A stretch of 64,000 bases of DNA from Frankiales bacterium (GTDB lineage: Bacteria; Actinomycetota; Actinomycetes; Mycobacteriales; SCTD01): contig JAYUMN010000054.1 in assembly GCA_043762595.1 (NCBI GenBank), positions 4,604-68,603 on the forward strand. Direction: 5' to 3'. A program made the position numbers and the translations under genes. The notes below the pieces were generated by a model. That model did not search any database and was not told the origin of the DNA. It was given only the letters and a program-made list of their open reading frames with translations. Each line of letters opens with the position of its first letter. Position 1 is the stretch's first letter. Of the stretch, positions 48,004-61,667 are shown piece by piece.

Positions 48004-48333
48004 GTGCCGGTCGTCTCGAGCTACCACTATTTGCTGGGACCGCTCGTCGCTGTCGCTGCGCTCGTCCTGCTGCTGCTGATCTGTCGCTGGGTCTTCTCGA
48101 CCGATCAGCGTGACGATCGCACGGCGCGTCGCCTTGAGCGGCTGGCCGGCGCCGGCGACTACGGGCTGCTGGTGCCGATCAGTACCGTCCGCACCCGAGA
48201 CGACGCCCTGATGCTGGGCAGTGTGCTGCGCGAGGCTGGCATCCGGGCCAGCGTGTCGCATGACGCAGCTGTCTTCGTGGTGCTCGTTTTTCGCGCCGAC
48301 GCGCCGCGGGCCCGCCAGCTCGTCGCTCAGTAG
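48004..48333 (+). CDS. small membrane-anchored protein (C-terminal domain reminiscent of DUF2007)
   Basis: GTG start, [24 protein letters not shown], good GC3. The 3' end overlaps the murA 3' end by 7 bp. Confidence 0.6.
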   Translation: MPVVSSYHYLLGPLVAVAALVLLLLICRWVFSTDQRDDRTARRLERLAGAGDYGLLVPISTVRTRDDALMLGSVLREAGIRASVSHDAAVFVVLVFRADAPRARQLVAQ

Positions 48334-49595
48334 GGCTCGTCCGGCCCCGGCTCACGACGTACCTCCGCCCCCAGAGCCACCAGGTCGGCCACGAAGTGCT
48401 CGTAGCCGCGATCGATGTGCTGCACATCGCCCACCTCGGTCACCCCCTCCGCCACCAGTCCAGCGAGCACGAGCGCCGCGCCGGCTCGGATGTCGTGCGC
48501 CCGCACCGGCGCCCCACTGAGCCGCTCCCGCCCGCGGACGACCGCGTGGTGCCCGTCGGTCCGCACGTCGGCGCCGAGCCGGGTCAGCTCGTTGACGAAC
48601 ATCCAGCGGGCCTCGAAGACGTTCTCAGTGATCATCGCGGTGCCGTCCGCGACGGCGTTCAAGGCCATCACCATTGGCTGCAGGTCGGTCGGAAAACCCG
48701 GGTAGGGCAATGTCACGACGTCCACGGCCCGGGCCCGACCGTCCATCCGTACGCCGAAGCCGTCTGGGGTGGGCGTGACGACCGCGCCCGCCAGAACGAG
48801 CTTGTCGAGAGCGACCTCGAGATGGTCGGCACGGCCTCCCCGGACGAAGATATCACCGCGGGTGATCACCGCGGCAACGGCCCAGGTGCCCGCGACGATG
48901 CGGTCGGGCAACGTCTCGTGGGTGGTCGGGTGCAGGCGCTCGACGCCCTCCACGGTGAGCGTGCTGGTGCCGATACCGTCGATCTGCGCCCCGAGCGCAA
49001 CGAGGAACTCGCACAGGTCGACCAGGTCCGGCTCACGGGCGGCGTTGTCGATCGTGGTCGTGCCCTTGGCCAGAACGGCGGCCATCAGCAGATTTTCGGT
49101 GGCCCCGACGCTCGGAAAGTCGAGCCACACCGACGCACCGGTCAGCCGCGGGGCACGGGCCAGCAGATAACCGTGCTCGCTATGGATCGTCGCGCCGAGC
49201 TTGGCCAGCCCGGAGATGTGCATGTCCAGACCACGCGAGCCGATGGCGTCGCCACCGGGGAGCGCCACTTTCGCCTGCCCACATCGCGCGATCAACGGGC
49301 CGAGCACCGCGATCGAGGCGCGCATCCGCCGGACCAGCTCGTAGTCGGCCTCGTGGCCGAGCTCCTCCGGCACGTCGATGACGACCGACCGCTCGGCTCG
49401 GGTGACCGTGCAGCCCAGCCGACGCAGCACCTCGCTCATGATCGTCACGTCCAGGATCTCGGGGACAGCGGTCAGCGTCGTCACCCCTGGGGCCAGCAAG
49501 GCTGCAGCCATCAGCTTGAGCACGCTGTTCTTGGCGCCGGTCACCGACACCTCACCGGCCAGCCGGGCTCCTCCAGTCACGATGAAGCGATCCAC
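48327..49595 (-). CDS. murA: UDP-N-acetylglucosamine 1-carboxyvinyltransferase
   Basis: [31 protein letters not shown]...[15 protein letters not shown] (Asp at the fosfomycin-target position, as in other actinobacteria)...PGFPTDLQ. Confidence 0.93.
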   Translation of the reverse strand: MDRFIVTGGARLAGEVSVTGAKNSVLKLMAAALLAPGVTTLTAVPEILDVTIMSEVLRRLGCTVTRAERSVVIDVPEELGHEADYELVRRMRASIAVLGPLIARCGQAKVALPGGDAIGSRGLDMHISGLAKLGATIHSEHGYLLARAPRLTGASVWLDFPSVGATENLLMAAVLAKGTTTIDNAAREPDLVDLCEFLVALGAQIDGIGTSTLTVEGVERLHPTTHETLPDRIVAGTWAVAAVITRGDIFVRGGRADHLEVALDKLVLAGAVVTPTPDGFGVRMDGRARAVDVVTLPYPGFPTDLQPMVMALNAVADGTAMITENVFEARWMFVNELTRLGADVRTDGHHAVVRGRERLSGAPVRAHDIRAGAALVLAGLVAEGVTEVGDVQHIDRGYEHFVADLVALGAEVRREPGPDEPY

Positions 49596-49681
49596 CCAAA
49601 CATCCTAGGGAGCAACCTTGGCGGCGGGGGTCGCGTCCTATCCGTCGTACGAACCGCAGTCCTGGCACACACGGAGGTCCG

Positions 49682-50173
49682 GTGGACGACGCCGGCCGGA
49701 CGACCTGCCAGGAGTACGTCGCGGCCGAGATCCCGGCGCGGCTGCGCACGGCCTCCCTGCTGCTCTCCGCACCCGCGCCGACACGCTCACTCCCTCCCCT
49801 GACCCGCTGGCCGGCCTCGAGCGTCGGGCCTGCGGCATCGGTGCCCCGGTCGCCCGGCACGTCCATGCCGGTTGTGGTGACAAGCCATCGGACCACCCGG
49901 GTGCTCTGCGGCACCGACGGCGTAGCGGCCCTCATGTCGGTCGGCGGCACCTCGGTGGACGGCGAGATCGTGCTCATCCGCCGCACGAGCATCGACCCGG
50001 TCACCGGGCTTGACCGGCTCCAGCTGCTCACCGGCAACGGCGGCCCGGTCACCGATACGAGCTTCCAAGGGCCAGTGCTGTCGCGGCTGTGCGGGCGCAC
50101 GGGCTGCGGCTGCTCCTCACCCGGCCGACCTGGCCCGCAGCCACCTAGGCTGTGGCCATGGCCGTACACCTGA
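49682..50173 (+). CDS. hypothetical Cys-containing protein (up to 163 aa)
   Basis: About 90 percent GC3 in this frame versus about 65 percent in the best antisense frame. GGAGG at 49673-49677 before the GTG at 49682. There is an internal ATG at 49865. It ends ...LCGRTGCGCSSPGR... and overlaps the next gene by 22 bp. Confidence 0.5.
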   Translation: MDDAGRTTCQEYVAAEIPARLRTASLLLSAPAPTRSLPPLTRWPASSVGPAASVPRSPGTSMPVVVTSHRTTRVLCGTDGVAALMSVGGTSVDGEIVLIRRTSIDPVTGLDRLQLLTGNGGPVTDTSFQGPVLSRLCGRTGCGCSSPGRPGPQPPRLWPWPYT

Positions 50174-50730
50174 CCCGCATCTACACCCGGACCGGCGACG
50201 ACGGCACCACCGCGCTCGGTGACCTGAGCCGGGTCAGCAAGACCGACCGTCGGCTGACGGCGTACGCAGATGTCGACGAGGCCAACAGCGCGATCGGGGT
50301 GGCGATCGCCCTGGGTGGTCTGGCCGAGGAGCTGACGCAGCTGCTGACCCGGATTCAGAACGATTTGTTCGACGTGGGCGCCGATTTGTGCACCCCGGTC
50401 GTGGCTGAGCCGGCCTACCCACCGCTGCGGGTCCTGCCGGAGTACACCGAGCGACTCGAGCAGGCCTGCGACGAGTTCAACGCCCGGCTCGAGAAGCTCT
50501 CGTCGTTCATCCTGCCCGGCGGCACGCCCGGGGCAGCGCTGCTGCACGTGGCGCGCACCGTTGTGCGCCGCGCCGAGCGGGCGGTGTGGGCGCTGCTGAA
50601 GGACCAGCCGGACACCACCGGCAAGGAGCCGGCGCTCTACCTCAACCGGCTCTCGGACCTGCTGTTCATCCTGTCCCGAGTTGCCAACACCAGTGGCGAC
50701 GTGCTGTGGAAGCCGGGCGGGGAGCGGTAG
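50152..50730 (+). CDS. PduO-type ATP:cob(I)alamin adenosyltransferase
   Basis: MAVHLTRIYTRTGDDGTTALGD...DVDEANSAIGVA...FILPGG. Confidence 0.9.
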   Translation: MAMAVHLTRIYTRTGDDGTTALGDLSRVSKTDRRLTAYADVDEANSAIGVAIALGGLAEELTQLLTRIQNDLFDVGADLCTPVVAEPAYPPLRVLPEYTERLEQACDEFNARLEKLSSFILPGGTPGAALLHVARTVVRRAERAVWALLKDQPDTTGKEPALYLNRLSDLLFILSRVANTSGDVLWKPGGER

Positions 50731-50768
50731 CTCCTGACGCGGGCGCCCGGACGGGGCAGTGTGGCGAC

Positions 50769-51212
50769 ATGCGTGACGCCCTGATCTGGATCATCATCGC
50801 GGGCGGCCTGCTGGTCGGCGAGGTGCTCACCCTCGCGGCAGTTGCCGGGCTGCTCGCCGGCGGTGCCCTTGCCGCCTTCGGCGTCTCCTTCGGCACCGAC
50901 AGCCTGCCCGCCCAGCTGGCCGTCTTCGCCGTCGTCTCAGCGCTGCTGCTGCTCCTCGTCCGGCCGATCGCCATCCGATCGCGGCAGGGGCGGAACCAGG
51001 CGCTCCCGACCGGCGGCGTCGTCGGCGCCGTCGCGACGGTGATCCAGACCATCGACGCCGGCGGTGGCCAGGTGCGGCTCAACGGCGAACTGTGGCGGGC
51101 CCGTCCCGAGGTGGAGTCTGATGTGATCGCGATCGGCGCACAGGTGCTCGTGCATGCCGTCCACGGTGCCACCGTGTACGTCTATCCCGTCGAACCCTTG
51201 GACCACTCGTGA
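50769..51212 (+). CDS. NfeD-family membrane protein
   Basis: Hydrophobic N-terminal half plus a C-terminal OB-like GGQVRLNGELWRAR...VLVHAVHGATVYV. GTGA coupling to the next gene. Confidence 0.8.
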   Translation: MRDALIWIIIAGGLLVGEVLTLAAVAGLLAGGALAAFGVSFGTDSLPAQLAVFAVVSALLLLLVRPIAIRSRQGRNQALPTGGVVGAVATVIQTIDAGGGQVRLNGELWRARPEVESDVIAIGAQVLVHAVHGATVYVYPVEPLDHS

Positions 51213-52138
51213 CCATCGGCCTGGAGTCCCTCGTGCCTGGCATCATTCTGTTCGTCGTCGCCGCCGTCGTAGTGGTGTCGCTCGCCAAGGCGGTGCGGGT
51301 CGTCCCGCAGGCCTCGGTGTTCGTCATCGAGCGGCTTGGCCGTTACACTAAGACACTCGAGCCCGGGCTGCACGTGCTCACGCCGTTTCTGGACAAGGTC
51401 CGGGCGAAAGTCGACATCCGTGAGCAGGTAGTTGCCTTTCAGCCGCAGCTGACGATCACCCGCGACAACCTCAGCGTTGGCGTCGACTCGGTGCTCTACT
51501 ACTCGATCACCGAACCGAACAGCGCGACGTACGCGATCGAGAACTACGTCGCGGCGATCGAGCAGCTTGTCGTGACGACGTTGCGCAACGTCATCGGCGG
51601 TCTCAACCTCGAGGAGGCGCTGACCGGCCGGGACCACATCAACGCCGCGCTCGCAACCGTGCTCGACGAGGCCACCGGCAAGTGGGGCATCAAGGTCAAC
51701 CGGGTCGAGCTGCGGGCCATCGAGCCGCCGGCGAGCATCAGAGACGCGATGGAGCAGTCGATGCGCGCCGACCGCGGCAAGCGCGCAGCCATCCTCACCG
51801 CCGAGGGTGAGCAGCGGTCGGCGATCCTCGTCGCCGAGGGCGAGAAGCAGGCGACGGTGCTGCGCGCCGAGGCCGCCAAGGCCGCCACCATTTTGAACGC
51901 CGAGGCCGAAAAACAGAGCGCGATCCTGCGCGCCGACGGCGAGGCACAGGCCGTCGCCCGGGTCGTCCTGGCGATCAAGGCGGCCGGGGTCGACGAGAAC
52001 GTGCTGGCCTACCAGCGGCTCCAACAGCTGCCGAAGGTCGCGGCCGGCGAGGCCAACAAGGTCTGGTTCCTGCCGGCGGAGCTGTCGGGGCTGGCCAGCC
52101 GCGCCCAGGGCCTGCTCCAACCGCCGCCGCAGCCCTGA
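51209..52138 (+). CDS. SPFH/band-7 (stomatin-like) protein
   Basis: VRVVPQASVFVIERLGRY...TRDNLSVGVDSVLYY...WGIKVNRVELRAIEPP, plus an AEGE/AEAE coiled coil. Confidence 0.88.
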   Translation: MTIGLESLVPGIILFVVAAVVVVSLAKAVRVVPQASVFVIERLGRYTKTLEPGLHVLTPFLDKVRAKVDIREQVVAFQPQLTITRDNLSVGVDSVLYYSITEPNSATYAIENYVAAIEQLVVTTLRNVIGGLNLEEALTGRDHINAALATVLDEATGKWGIKVNRVELRAIEPPASIRDAMEQSMRADRGKRAAILTAEGEQRSAILVAEGEKQATVLRAEAAKAATILNAEAEKQSAILRADGEAQAVARVVLAIKAAGVDENVLAYQRLQQLPKVAAGEANKVWFLPAELSGLASRAQGLLQPPPQP

Positions 52139-52206
52139 TCCCCGCGTTCCCAACCGCGTCCGCCGCCATTCCGCGGTGCCCCACCTTGCGTGGATCCCGG
52201 GTCGGG

Positions 52207-52224
52207 GGTGCTGATGGCAGCACC
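52207..52224. terminator. small hairpin between the convergent SPFH and DUF2550 genes
   Basis: ggtgctg-atgg-cagcacc, a 7-bp stem with no U-tract. Confidence 0.25.
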
Positions 52225-52228
52225 GGTC

Positions 52229-52654
52229 TCAGGCGGGCAGGGTGGCGCCTGGTGGCTGGGCCTCCAGCCAAGCGAGGAAGCCGGTGATCGCCGAGGCATC
52301 CATCGCAATGTCCACCGGTCCGGCCGCCGATCGCAGCTCCACGACGGTCGCCCCCTTGAGCAGCGCCAGCCGCTCCGGACCGACCGGCTCGCGGCGGCCG
52401 GCCACCCGGACGTCGCGCCGGGACAACGTGCGGCGGGGGCGCCAGGCCAGGCTGAACACGCGGTACCAGCGCAACTCGTCACCGACGAACGTGCCGACGC
52501 CGAGCACCCAGCCACGGCCGTGCGACTTCTCGCGCAATCGAAGGGACAGCTCGATCGAGCCACCCCGCGACAGCACCCGGCGGCGTAGGGCGATCGACAG
52601 CAACGGGACCGTCACGAGGACGAGGACGGCGAAGACGACTTCGACGGTCAGCAC
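52229..52654 (-). CDS. DUF2550-family membrane protein (the usual neighbour of atpC in actinobacteria)
   Basis: N-terminal TM, then GGSIELSLRLRE...GRGWVLGVGTFVGDELRWYRVFSL. Confidence 0.75.
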   Translation of the reverse strand: MLTVEVVFAVLVLVTVPLLSIALRRRVLSRGGSIELSLRLREKSHGRGWVLGVGTFVGDELRWYRVFSLAWRPRRTLSRRDVRVAGRREPVGPERLALLKGATVVELRSAAGPVDIAMDASAITGFLAWLEAQPPGATLPA

Positions 52655-52734
52655 AGGCAGGGCTGCCGGCGGAGTCTTGCGAGATGGTCCATCAGCACGG
52701 GGACTGGTGCCTGGGCTTTCTGCTCGTGCCGGCG

Positions 52735-53127
52735 TCAGACCGATTGTCCGACGGCCCGAAGGCGGCCCTCGGCGCGTCGTACGGCCGGCTCGTCAGCGTC
52801 GGCGCGGGCGCTGTCGAGCGAGCTACGGGCCCGGTTGGCATCGATGTCCTGCGCCAACTCGGCGATCTCGGCGAGCACCGTCACGCCTGCCTCGGTGACA
52901 GACAGGAACCCGCCGTGCACCGCCGCCACCACCTCGGTGCCACCGGCCTGCGCGATCCGGACCGTGAAGCCCTCGGCCAGCTCGCCGAGCAGCGGCGCAT
53001 GGCCGGGCAGGATGCCGATCTCACCCTCGGTGGTGCGCGCGGTGACCAGGGTGGCCGCACCGCTCCAGATCTCCCGCTCGACCGAGACCAGCTCGACGTG
53101 CAACTCCGGCACAGGATGTCCTTCCAA
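52735..53127 (-). CDS. atpC: F1 ATP synthase epsilon subunit
   Basis: LHVELVSVEREIWSGAATLVTARTTEGEIGILPGHAPLL. The exact start (ATG at 53127 or the internal TTG) is uncertain. Confidence 0.88.
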   Translation of the reverse strand: MEGHPVPELHVELVSVEREIWSGAATLVTARTTEGEIGILPGHAPLLGELAEGFTVRIAQAGGTEVVAAVHGGFLSVTEAGVTVLAEIAELAQDIDANRARSSLDSARADADEPAVRRAEGRLRAVGQSV

Positions 53128-53181
53128 GGTGTCGGCCGCGGTTGACCGCGACCTGGACGAAGTCTGCTGTCGTACGCCGGG

Positions 53182-55541
<2,360 letters not shown>

Positions 55542-55544
55542 GAC

Positions 55545-57209
<1,665 letters not shown>

Positions 57210-57274
57210 GGGTGGCGCCTGCTCTCTTCGGTATGGCCGTGCGGAAGCGGGTGGGCGTGCGGTGCGGTGCTGGC

Positions 57275-58096
57275 CTAGCGGGTCAGCCGGCGACGGGCCT
57301 CGGCCAGGCGATGCACGGTCGAGCCGTCGATGACCTCGTCGCCGACCTTGACGACGACGCCCCCAACGACCTTGCGGTCGACCTCGACCTGCAGTTGGAC
57401 GGACCGGCCGAGCTGGCGGGACAAAGCCGCTGCGAGGCGCTGCTGCTGTCCGGTGTCCAGCGGGACGGCGGCGGTGACGGTCGCGAGGGTGCGTTGGCGG
57501 ACGTCAGCGGCGAGTGAGGCGTAGGCCTCCAGACCGTCCTCCAGGGTTCGCCCGCGCGGCGCAAGGACGAGCGCGTCGACGATGCGCAGGGTGGCCGGCT
57601 TGGTTTTGTCGGCGAGCAGCCCGTCGAGCAACGCGCGCTTGCGGTCCTCGGCCAGGGACCGGTCGGTGAGCACCGCTCGCAGCGCCGGCTCGCGGGCGAT
57701 GGTCCGGGCGAACCGGAACAGCTCGTCCTCGACGTCATCGAGTGTGCCGTCGGCCTCGGCGCGGAGGAACACCGCGATCACGGCGAGCATTTCGATCGCG
57801 TCGACCAGGTCGCGGGCCGAGCTCCAGCGCTGGCCGACGGCCTCGTCCAGCACTGCCAGGGCGAGTGGGTCCAGCTGGCCGCCGAACAGTGCCTGGAGCA
57901 ACTGGGCCTTGGCCGACGCGGGCGTGGTCGGGTCGCCGAGCGTGCGGCGCAAGTGACCCTCGCGGTCGAGCAGCCGGACGATTCCGAACAACCCCTCGGC
58001 GATCCCATCGACCACGGCGGCTTGGGGCAGGCTGCCCGACAGCGCGGTCAGCCGGGCCCGGGCAGCAACGAGGGCGTCCCGACTAGCTCCCTGCAT
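57275..58096 (-). CDS. atpH: F1 ATP synthase delta subunit (unfused, 273 aa)
   Basis: Position between atpF and atpA. C-terminal [25 protein letters not shown] overlap with atpF. Confidence 0.88.
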   Translation of the reverse strand: MQGASRDALVAARARLTALSGSLPQAAVVDGIAEGLFGIVRLLDREGHLRRTLGDPTTPASAKAQLLQALFGGQLDPLALAVLDEAVGQRWSSARDLVDAIEMLAVIAVFLRAEADGTLDDVEDELFRFARTIAREPALRAVLTDRSLAEDRKRALLDGLLADKTKPATLRIVDALVLAPRGRTLEDGLEAYASLAADVRQRTLATVTAAVPLDTGQQQRLAAALSRQLGRSVQLQVEVDRKVVGGVVVKVGDEVIDGSTVHRLAEARRRLTR

Positions 58097-58644
58097 CAGG
58101 CACCAGCCGCCGGTGCGGCCTCGCTCGACTCGAGCTCGGCCAGGAATCGGTCGACGACCCGGCGCTGCCGGTCGTCATCGGTGAGCGCTTCGCCGACGAC
58201 CCGCTCAGCCAGCTCCACGGCGAACCGGCCGATCTCGACGCGCAGCTGGGTGACGACCTGTTGGCGTTCGGCTGCCAGCTGCTCCTCGCCGCGGGCGGTG
58301 ATCCGGGCGGCGGCGTCTCGTGCCTCGACGGTGAGCTGGTCGACGATCTGCTTGCCCTGCTCCCGAGCCTCGTCACGGATCCGGGCCGCCTCGTTGCGCG
58401 CCTCGGCCAACTGCGCCTTGTACTGCTCGAGGGCTGCGTTGGCCTCAGCCTGCGCCCGCTCGGCCCGCGCGAGACCACCCTCGATCGCGTCGGTGCGCGC
58501 TGCGAAGGTCTTCTCCATCTGCGGGAAGACCTTTGTGATGAGCACGAAGCAGAGCAGACCGAAGGCGATGAGACCGATGATGATCTCGTTAAGATGCGGC
58601 AGAATCGGACTTTCTTCGGTCGCCGCCGTGAGGTAGGTCAGCAC
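58096..58644 (-). CDS. atpF: Fo ATP synthase b subunit
   Basis: One TM helix (IIIGLIAFGLLCFVL), then a long Ala/Glu/Arg helix. Confidence 0.88.
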   Translation of the reverse strand: MLTYLTAATEESPILPHLNEIIIGLIAFGLLCFVLITKVFPQMEKTFAARTDAIEGGLARAERAQAEANAALEQYKAQLAEARNEAARIRDEAREQGKQIVDQLTVEARDAAARITARGEEQLAAERQQVVTQLRVEIGRFAVELAERVVGEALTDDDRQRRVVDRFLAELESSEAAPAAGA

Positions 58645-58656
58645 GGTCGGGACCGG

Positions 58657-58887
58657 CTACTTGCCGAAGATGAACGGGACGACGAAGCCCAACAGCGCCA
58701 ACGCCTCAACCAGGGCGAAGCCCAGGAACAGGTTCTGCCGGTTGATGCCGGCTGACTCCGGCTGGCGTGCCACGCTCTGGATGTAGGACGCGAAGATCAG
58801 GCCGACACCGATCCCGGGGCCGATGGCCGCCAGGCCGTAGCCGATGGCGCCGAGGCTGCCAGTCACACCTGCAGCGAGTGCGGTCAT
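58657..58887 (-). CDS. atpE: Fo ATP synthase c subunit
   Basis: GYGLAAIGPGIGVGLIF...ARQPE...GFALVEALALLGF. ATG at 58887, not the track start at 58977. Confidence 0.92.
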   Translation of the reverse strand: MTALAAGVTGSLGAIGYGLAAIGPGIGVGLIFASYIQSVARQPESAGINRQNLFLGFALVEALALLGFVVPFIFGK

Positions 58888-58954
58888 TGTGGGGGTCCTC
58901 CTGTGTTGGCGCGTGCCCGGTGCGGCCCGCGTCGAATGGGGTGGTGCGGGTGGC

Positions 58955-59767
58955 TCAGTGCTCCTCGACGAGGGCACCGGAGATGTAAGACGCGGTCAAC
59001 ACGACGAAGACGTAGGCCTGCAGCATTTCGACGAACAACTCGAAGAACGTCATCACGATCGACATGACGAACGACAGCGGCGAGAACACCGCCGAGAAGT
59101 TGCCGGTGTTGAGCAGGTAGGTCGTGCCGGTGATGAACACCAACAGCAGCAGGTGACCCGCAAACATGTTGGCAAACAACCGGACCGCGAGGGTGAAGGG
59201 CCGCACAATCAGGGTCGAGATGAGCTCGATCGGGGTGAGGATGAGGTACATGGCCTTGGGGACCCCGGACGGGAAGGCGATGCCCTTGAAGTACTTCGCC
59301 GCACCATGGTGGCGGATCCCCACGTAGTTGAACAAGATCAGCGAGATGACGGCGAGAAAGGCTGGGTAGCTAATCTTGGCGGTCACCGGGATCTGTGCGA
59401 GCGGCAGCACGCCGTAGATGTTCATGACCAGCAGGAAAAAGAACAGCGAGGCGAGGTAGGGCGCGAACCGCAGGCCCTCAGGGCCGATCGTGTCGCGGGC
59501 GACGCCGTCGCGGATGACGCGGTAGGCCGACTCGCCTACCCACTGCAGCTTGCTCGGGACGAGCGAACTGCGGCGGACCGACGCCAGGAAGAACACGCAG
59601 ACCACGGCGACGCCGAACAGCAGCAGCAGGGTGAATTTGGTGATCTCGAAGCGGAGCCCGAGCACCGTGAAGTCCACCAACGACGGCAACCGGAAGGCGC
59701 CGGTTGACGGCGCGCAGTAACCGCTGTCGCCTTTGTCGCAGGCGACGGCGAGCAGGGATGAACTCAA
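58955..59767 (-). CDS. atpB: Fo ATP synthase a subunit
   Basis: LAVRLFANMFAGHLLL (essential Arg region). TTG start at 59767 is tentative. Confidence 0.9.
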   Translation of the reverse strand: MSSSLLAVACDKGDSGYCAPSTGAFRLPSLVDFTVLGLRFEITKFTLLLLFGVAVVCVFFLASVRRSSLVPSKLQWVGESAYRVIRDGVARDTIGPEGLRFAPYLASLFFFLLVMNIYGVLPLAQIPVTAKISYPAFLAVISLILFNYVGIRHHGAAKYFKGIAFPSGVPKAMYLILTPIELISTLIVRPFTLAVRLFANMFAGHLLLLVFITGTTYLLNTGNFSAVFSPLSFVMSIVMTFFELFVEMLQAYVFVVLTASYISGALVEEH

Positions 59768-59789
59768 CAGTGGTCCTTCCCAGCAGTCC

Positions 59790-60038
59790 TCACGAGCCCG
59801 GTCCGGAGCTCACGTACACGAGGTAGACGGAGGCTGCCAAACCGACCAGCACGCCGACCGGAAAGAACACCGTAATGCCCAGCAGCCGGTCGAGCCCGTA
59901 GCCAGCCCCACCCCACACGAGCATCCCGGCGAGGAGGGTCCCGAGACTCGCCCAACCCTGCCCCGCGCCGTCCGGCAGTGGTGCACCTGGACCGGCCGGG
60001 GGGCCCGGTGGAGTTGCCTCGGTCATGACCGGGGTCAC
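59790..60038 (-). CDS. AtpZ/AtpI-like small membrane protein
   Basis: Two TM helices (LGTLLAGMLVWGGAGYGLD, FFPVGVLVGLAASVYLV), immediately upstream of atpB. Confidence 0.7.
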   Translation of the reverse strand: MTPVMTEATPPGPPAGPGAPLPDGAGQGWASLGTLLAGMLVWGGAGYGLDRLLGITVFFPVGVLVGLAASVYLVYVSSGPGS

Positions 60039-60104
60039 CCTAGCAGTCCGGCGCGAACGGCCGGCGTAACGCCCCTTTGCCTGTTGTTGACCCGGCCGGC
60101 CTGC

Positions 60105-60539
60105 TCAGCGAGGTGGCAGGACGACGTACGGCGTGGGGCTCGTCCAAGCCCACCAGGACTGCACCAGCACCCACGCCAGGGTGCCGGCCAGGACCCCCCA
60201 GGGCAGCCCGGCGACCAGCGGGCCAGCACTGCCTTGGAACCGCAGCACAACCACGCCGAGCACCACCACCGTCGTGGCGTAGGCCGCCAGGCCGACCGGG
60301 AGCACCAGGCTCGAGGCGAGCCGGTCGGCGGCATCGACGACCAGGGTGCCGAAGGCGAAGGTGGCGGCGGCGATCGCCACGCCGACCACGACCCCCACGC
60401 CCTGCGCGGGACCGGCGACGACCAGGGCGCTGAGCAGCCCCAGCCCGGCGACCAGGGCGCTGGCTGGCAGACACGCCCGCAGGTGCCCGAGCCGGGTAAC
60501 CCGGCGCTGCCGCCGGGTCGCGAGCAGGAGCCCGCTCAC
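60105..60539 (-). CDS. hydrophobic membrane protein of the atp-upstream position (Rv1303-like position)
   Basis: The GTG at 60539 overlaps the wecA stop (GTGA). About 4 TM helices. Only the last 144 codons of track ORF 60105..61364 are plausible. Confidence 0.6.
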   Translation of the reverse strand: MSGLLLATRRQRRVTRLGHLRACLPASALVAGLGLLSALVVAGPAQGVGVVVGVAIAAATFAFGTLVVDAADRLASSLVLPVGLAAYATTVVVLGVVVLRFQGSAGPLVAGLPWGVLAGTLAWVLVQSWWAWTSPTPYVVLPPR

Positions 60540-61657
60540 GGTCTGGGTGGGCCGGCACGCGTGGCGCGCAGCCGCGGCACGCTGCCGGCGACCAGCGCCA
60601 CCACGGCAATGCCACCGGCGACACCGACCACGGTGAACGGGCCGGTGAGCGACGCGGCCACCCCGCTGAAGGCCAGCAGGGCGGTCCAGAAGTACATGAT
60701 CAGCACGGCCCGCCGGTGGCTGTGCCCGATCTCGAGCAGCCGATGGTGCAGGTGCGCCTTGTCCGGGGCGAACGGCGAGCGCCCGGCCCGGGTGCGACGG
60801 ACAATCGCCAGCAGCAGGTCGACGATCGGCACCGCCAGCACCGCCATCGGGAGCAGCAGCGGCAGCAGCACCGGGAAGGCGGCCTTGGCTGGCAGGTTGG
60901 CGTAGTTGAACTGACCGGTCAGGCTGGTGACCGACGCGGCCAACATCAGCCCGATCAGCATCGAACCCGAGTCGCCCATGAACACCCGGGCCGGGTTGAA
61001 GTTGTGCGGCAGGAAGCCCAGGCAGGCGCCGGCCAGCACCACCGCGATGAGCGTCGGCGAGCTGATCCGGTCCTGGGCAAGGCCCTGGGTCACCCGGCCG
61101 CTCGACAGCGAGTAGGAGAAGGCGAACAGCGCGAGCGCGGCAATTGCGCCGACCCCGGCCGCCAGTCCGTCCAGGCCGTCGATGAAGTTGACGGCATTGA
61201 CTGTCAGCAGGGCCAGCAGCACGGTGAGCGGGACGCCTTCGTCGCCGAGCGAGATCGCGCCGACCCCGGGCAGGGTAATGGTGAGCAGCTGCAGGCCGAG
61301 CAGCACCATGACGCCGGCGGCGACCGTCTGGCCGGCCAGCTTGGTCAGTGCGTCGAGCCCCCACTTGTCGTCAGCGAACCCGAGCACCACAATCACCCCG
61401 CCGGCGACCACGATGGCCTCCACGTCGGAGTACTTGAAGACATTGGACAGGGCCGGCAGCGAGTGCGCGACGAGAAAGGCTGCGCAGACCCCGGCGTACA
61501 TCGCCAGGCCACCAAGCCGCGGCGTCGCAACGGCGTGCACGTCCCGGTCGCGTGGCTCGGCCATCGCGCCGATCCAGAAGGCGAAACGGCGGGCGACCGG
61601 AGTCAGCAGGTACGTGACGCCGGCGGCGACACACAGCACGAGCAGGTACTCCCGCAC
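60536..61657 (-). CDS. wecA: UDP-GlcNAc:polyprenyl-phosphate GlcNAc-1-phosphate transferase (MraY/WecA family)
   Basis: [51 protein letters not shown] at 61657 (VREYLLV) preferred. Confidence 0.88.
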   Translation of the reverse strand: MREYLLVLCVAAGVTYLLTPVARRFAFWIGAMAEPRDRDVHAVATPRLGGLAMYAGVCAAFLVAHSLPALSNVFKYSDVEAIVVAGGVIVVLGFADDKWGLDALTKLAGQTVAAGVMVLLGLQLLTITLPGVGAISLGDEGVPLTVLLALLTVNAVNFIDGLDGLAAGVGAIAALALFAFSYSLSSGRVTQGLAQDRISSPTLIAVVLAGACLGFLPHNFNPARVFMGDSGSMLIGLMLAASVTSLTGQFNYANLPAKAAFPVLLPLLLPMAVLAVPIVDLLLAIVRRTRAGRSPFAPDKAHLHHRLLEIGHSHRRAVLIMYFWTALLAFSGVAASLTGPFTVVGVAGGIAVVALVAGSVPRLRATRAGPPRP

Positions 61658-61667
61658 AGCGGAACCG

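Noticed and set aside
60105-61364. 419-aa minus-strand ORF
   Set aside because: Upstream of 60539 it runs out of frame through wecA and is Arg/Pro/Gly-rich. Only the last 144 codons (a hydrophobic 4-TM protein, with its GTG overlapping the wecA stop) were kept.
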